Assembly: GCF_032444005.1 (NCBI RefSeq)
Contig: NC_091284.1
Span: 386,384,001-386,448,000, forward strand
Direction of reading: 5' to 3'
Source: Ranitomeya imitator
Lineage: Eukaryota
DNA length: 64,000 nt
The position numbers and the translations under genes are program-made. The notes under the pieces were generated by a model, which worked only from the letters and a program-made list of their open reading frames with translations, was not told where the DNA came from and did not search any database. Positions 62,632 to 64,000 of this stretch are shown here, piece by piece (the first letter of the stretch is position 1; every line of letters starts with the position of its first letter).

Positions 62632-62793
62632 CAGGGGTCCCCAACTCCAGTCCTCAAGGCCCACCAACAGGTCATGTTTTCAGGATTTCCTTTGCATTGC
62701 ACAGGTGATGCAATTATTACCTGGGCAAGACTAAGGAAATCCTGAAAACATGACATGTTGGTGGGCCTTGAGGACTGGAGTTGGGGACCCCTG
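62632..62793. mobile_element. hAT MITE (162 bp)
   Basis: 38-bp perfect TIR CAGGGGTCCCCAACTCCAGTCCTCAAGGCCCACCAACA with an 8-bp TSD TTCTAGAA. The paralogous empty site is in Helitron 2 (~63590-63597). Confidence 0.92.
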
Positions 62794-62834
62794 TTCTAGA
62801 ATACCTGATGCGTTAGAATCAGGCTACCATCTAG

Positions 62835-63630
62835 TCTACTATATAATCGTCTAATTCTGTCTGTTTGTCTGTACTCGAAATCCCGTGTCGCTGATTGGTC
62901 GTGCCAGTCACCTGCGACCAATCAGCGACAGGAGCAGTTTGGCCGTAGTTTAATCATGTTTACTGAACAAGTTGTCAGTCACAGTGCCACGTAGTTCAGT
63001 AACGTTTACTGAGCATGTTCTGTCAGTCACAGAGCCACATAGTTCAGTCACGTTTACTGAACAAGTTCTGTCAGTCACAGTGCCACGTAGTTCAGTCACG
63101 TTTACTGAACAAGTTCTGTCAGTCAAAGTGCCACGTACAGTAGTTCAGTCACGTTTACTGAAAAAGTTCTGTCAGTCACAGTGCCACGTAGTTCACTCAC
63201 GTTTACTGAACACGTTCTATCAGTCACAGTGCCATGTAGTTCAGTCACGTTTACTGAACAAGTTCTGTCAATCACAGTGCAACATAGTTCACTCACGTTT
63301 ACAGAACACGTTCAGTCAGTCAATGGGGTGTACAAAAATCAAAAATATTTTGAGTTGATATTGTTAACAAATATAGTGCCGATGTACTTCTTTCATCTGA
63401 TGATATATTTAAATACAGTTAGATATTCATGTAATGGTTTATATATTTTGATGATCTGTTTAACAATTTCGTTCAGTTGTATTAAGTTCTATGAGCAATA
63501 AAATTCAATGATAATGTATATATTTACCCGGAAAATCCTGTGTATTCATTGCATTATTCTTAAATCTTCATAAATAAACTACCTACATATTCTAGAATAC
63601 CCGATGTGTTATAATCGGGCCACCATCTAG
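62835..63630 (+). mobile_element. Non-autonomous Helitron 2 (796 bp), head-to-tail with Helitron 1
   Basis: TCTACTATATAAT 5' end directly after the CTAG of copy 1; 3' hairpin CCCGAT..ATCGGG (63600-63619) then CTAG|T. Confidence 0.8.
62955..63320. repeat. ~47-bp minisatellite (GTCAGTCACAGTGCCACGTAGTTCAGTCACGTTTACTGAACAAGTTCT-like, ~7.5 copies)
   Basis: Direct reading. Confidence 0.9.
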
Positions 63631-63768
63631 TTATTCTAATAAATATCTATCTTGCAATTACAAACAGTAATGCCATAGCAGTGGATAATAAAAAGGGAGA
63701 ATCTTTGCATAGGGGCAAATGCTAAATGGTATTGCTATAAGGTGTATCCATTCATATGCTAGTAGTCA

Positions 63769-64000
63769 TCTCATATATAAAGCTGAATGTGTGTGTGTGT
63801 GTGTGTGTGTTTGTGTATGTATGTGTGTATGTCCGAGAATGGCATCTGCACCGTCGCAGCTACAGCCACAAAATTTTGCACAGTCAAACGTGTGGACCCC
63901 GAAAGATTCATAGGCTATGTTGTGAGGCGAAATTTTAACCCCGTGTGCTCCAATTCACCAAACAATTTTGCCCCTATCTACATAATGGGGAAAAAGTGAA
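63769..64000 (+). mobile_element. Probable 5' end of a third Helitron-like element with a (GT)n tract; runs off the window
   Basis: A|TCTCATATATAA followed by (GT)n at ~63788-63830. The 3' end is not visible. Confidence 0.45.

Larger units (their letters stand above)
61046..62834 (+). mobile_element. Non-autonomous Helitron 1 (1789 bp) carrying a minisatellite and a nested hAT MITE
   Basis: A|TC 5' end; 3' hairpin CCTGAT..ATCAGG (62804-62823) followed by CTAG|T; no TSD. Confidence 0.8.

Noticed and set aside
61693-63501. Regular short repeats and Tyr/Cys-rich ORFs that might suggest a CRISPR-like array or repeat protein
   Set aside because: These are contiguous tandem minisatellites without unique spacers, in a eukaryotic context; the ORFs are repeat translations.

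Overview
Eukaryotic nuclear DNA, almost certainly a repeat-rich frog (anuran) genome; this is inferred from the repeat families, not from a gene match. No host protein-coding gene could be identified with confidence, and the window is a nest of mobile elements. (1) A Tf1/sushi-type Ty3/gypsy LTR element on the minus strand has a self-priming PBS signature. Its pol gene is split at a TTAA by a 9.35-kb piggyBac that carries an intact 593-aa transposase, a 130-bp satellite and paired ~390-bp tandem arrays. (2) 12.7-33 kb and 49.4-64 kb hold MITEs (piggyBac, hAT, Harbinger, Kolobok/T2-like), two solo LTRs, an L2 tail and tandem non-autonomous Helitrons with minisatellites. (3) The main feature is one 16.3-kb Penelope-like element (PLE) insertion at 33113-49416, bounded by a 12-14-bp target-site duplication. 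It comprises two intact head-to-tail RT+GIY-YIG units, a truncated third unit and a 4-kb inverted arm. Each unit carries a variant minimal hammerhead ribozyme with a palindromic stem III. Two further independent non-coding insertions (27952-28325 and 51333-53638) also have hammerhead-like motifs and 12-16-bp TSDs. All coordinates and counts were read by eye; no searches or folding programs were run.
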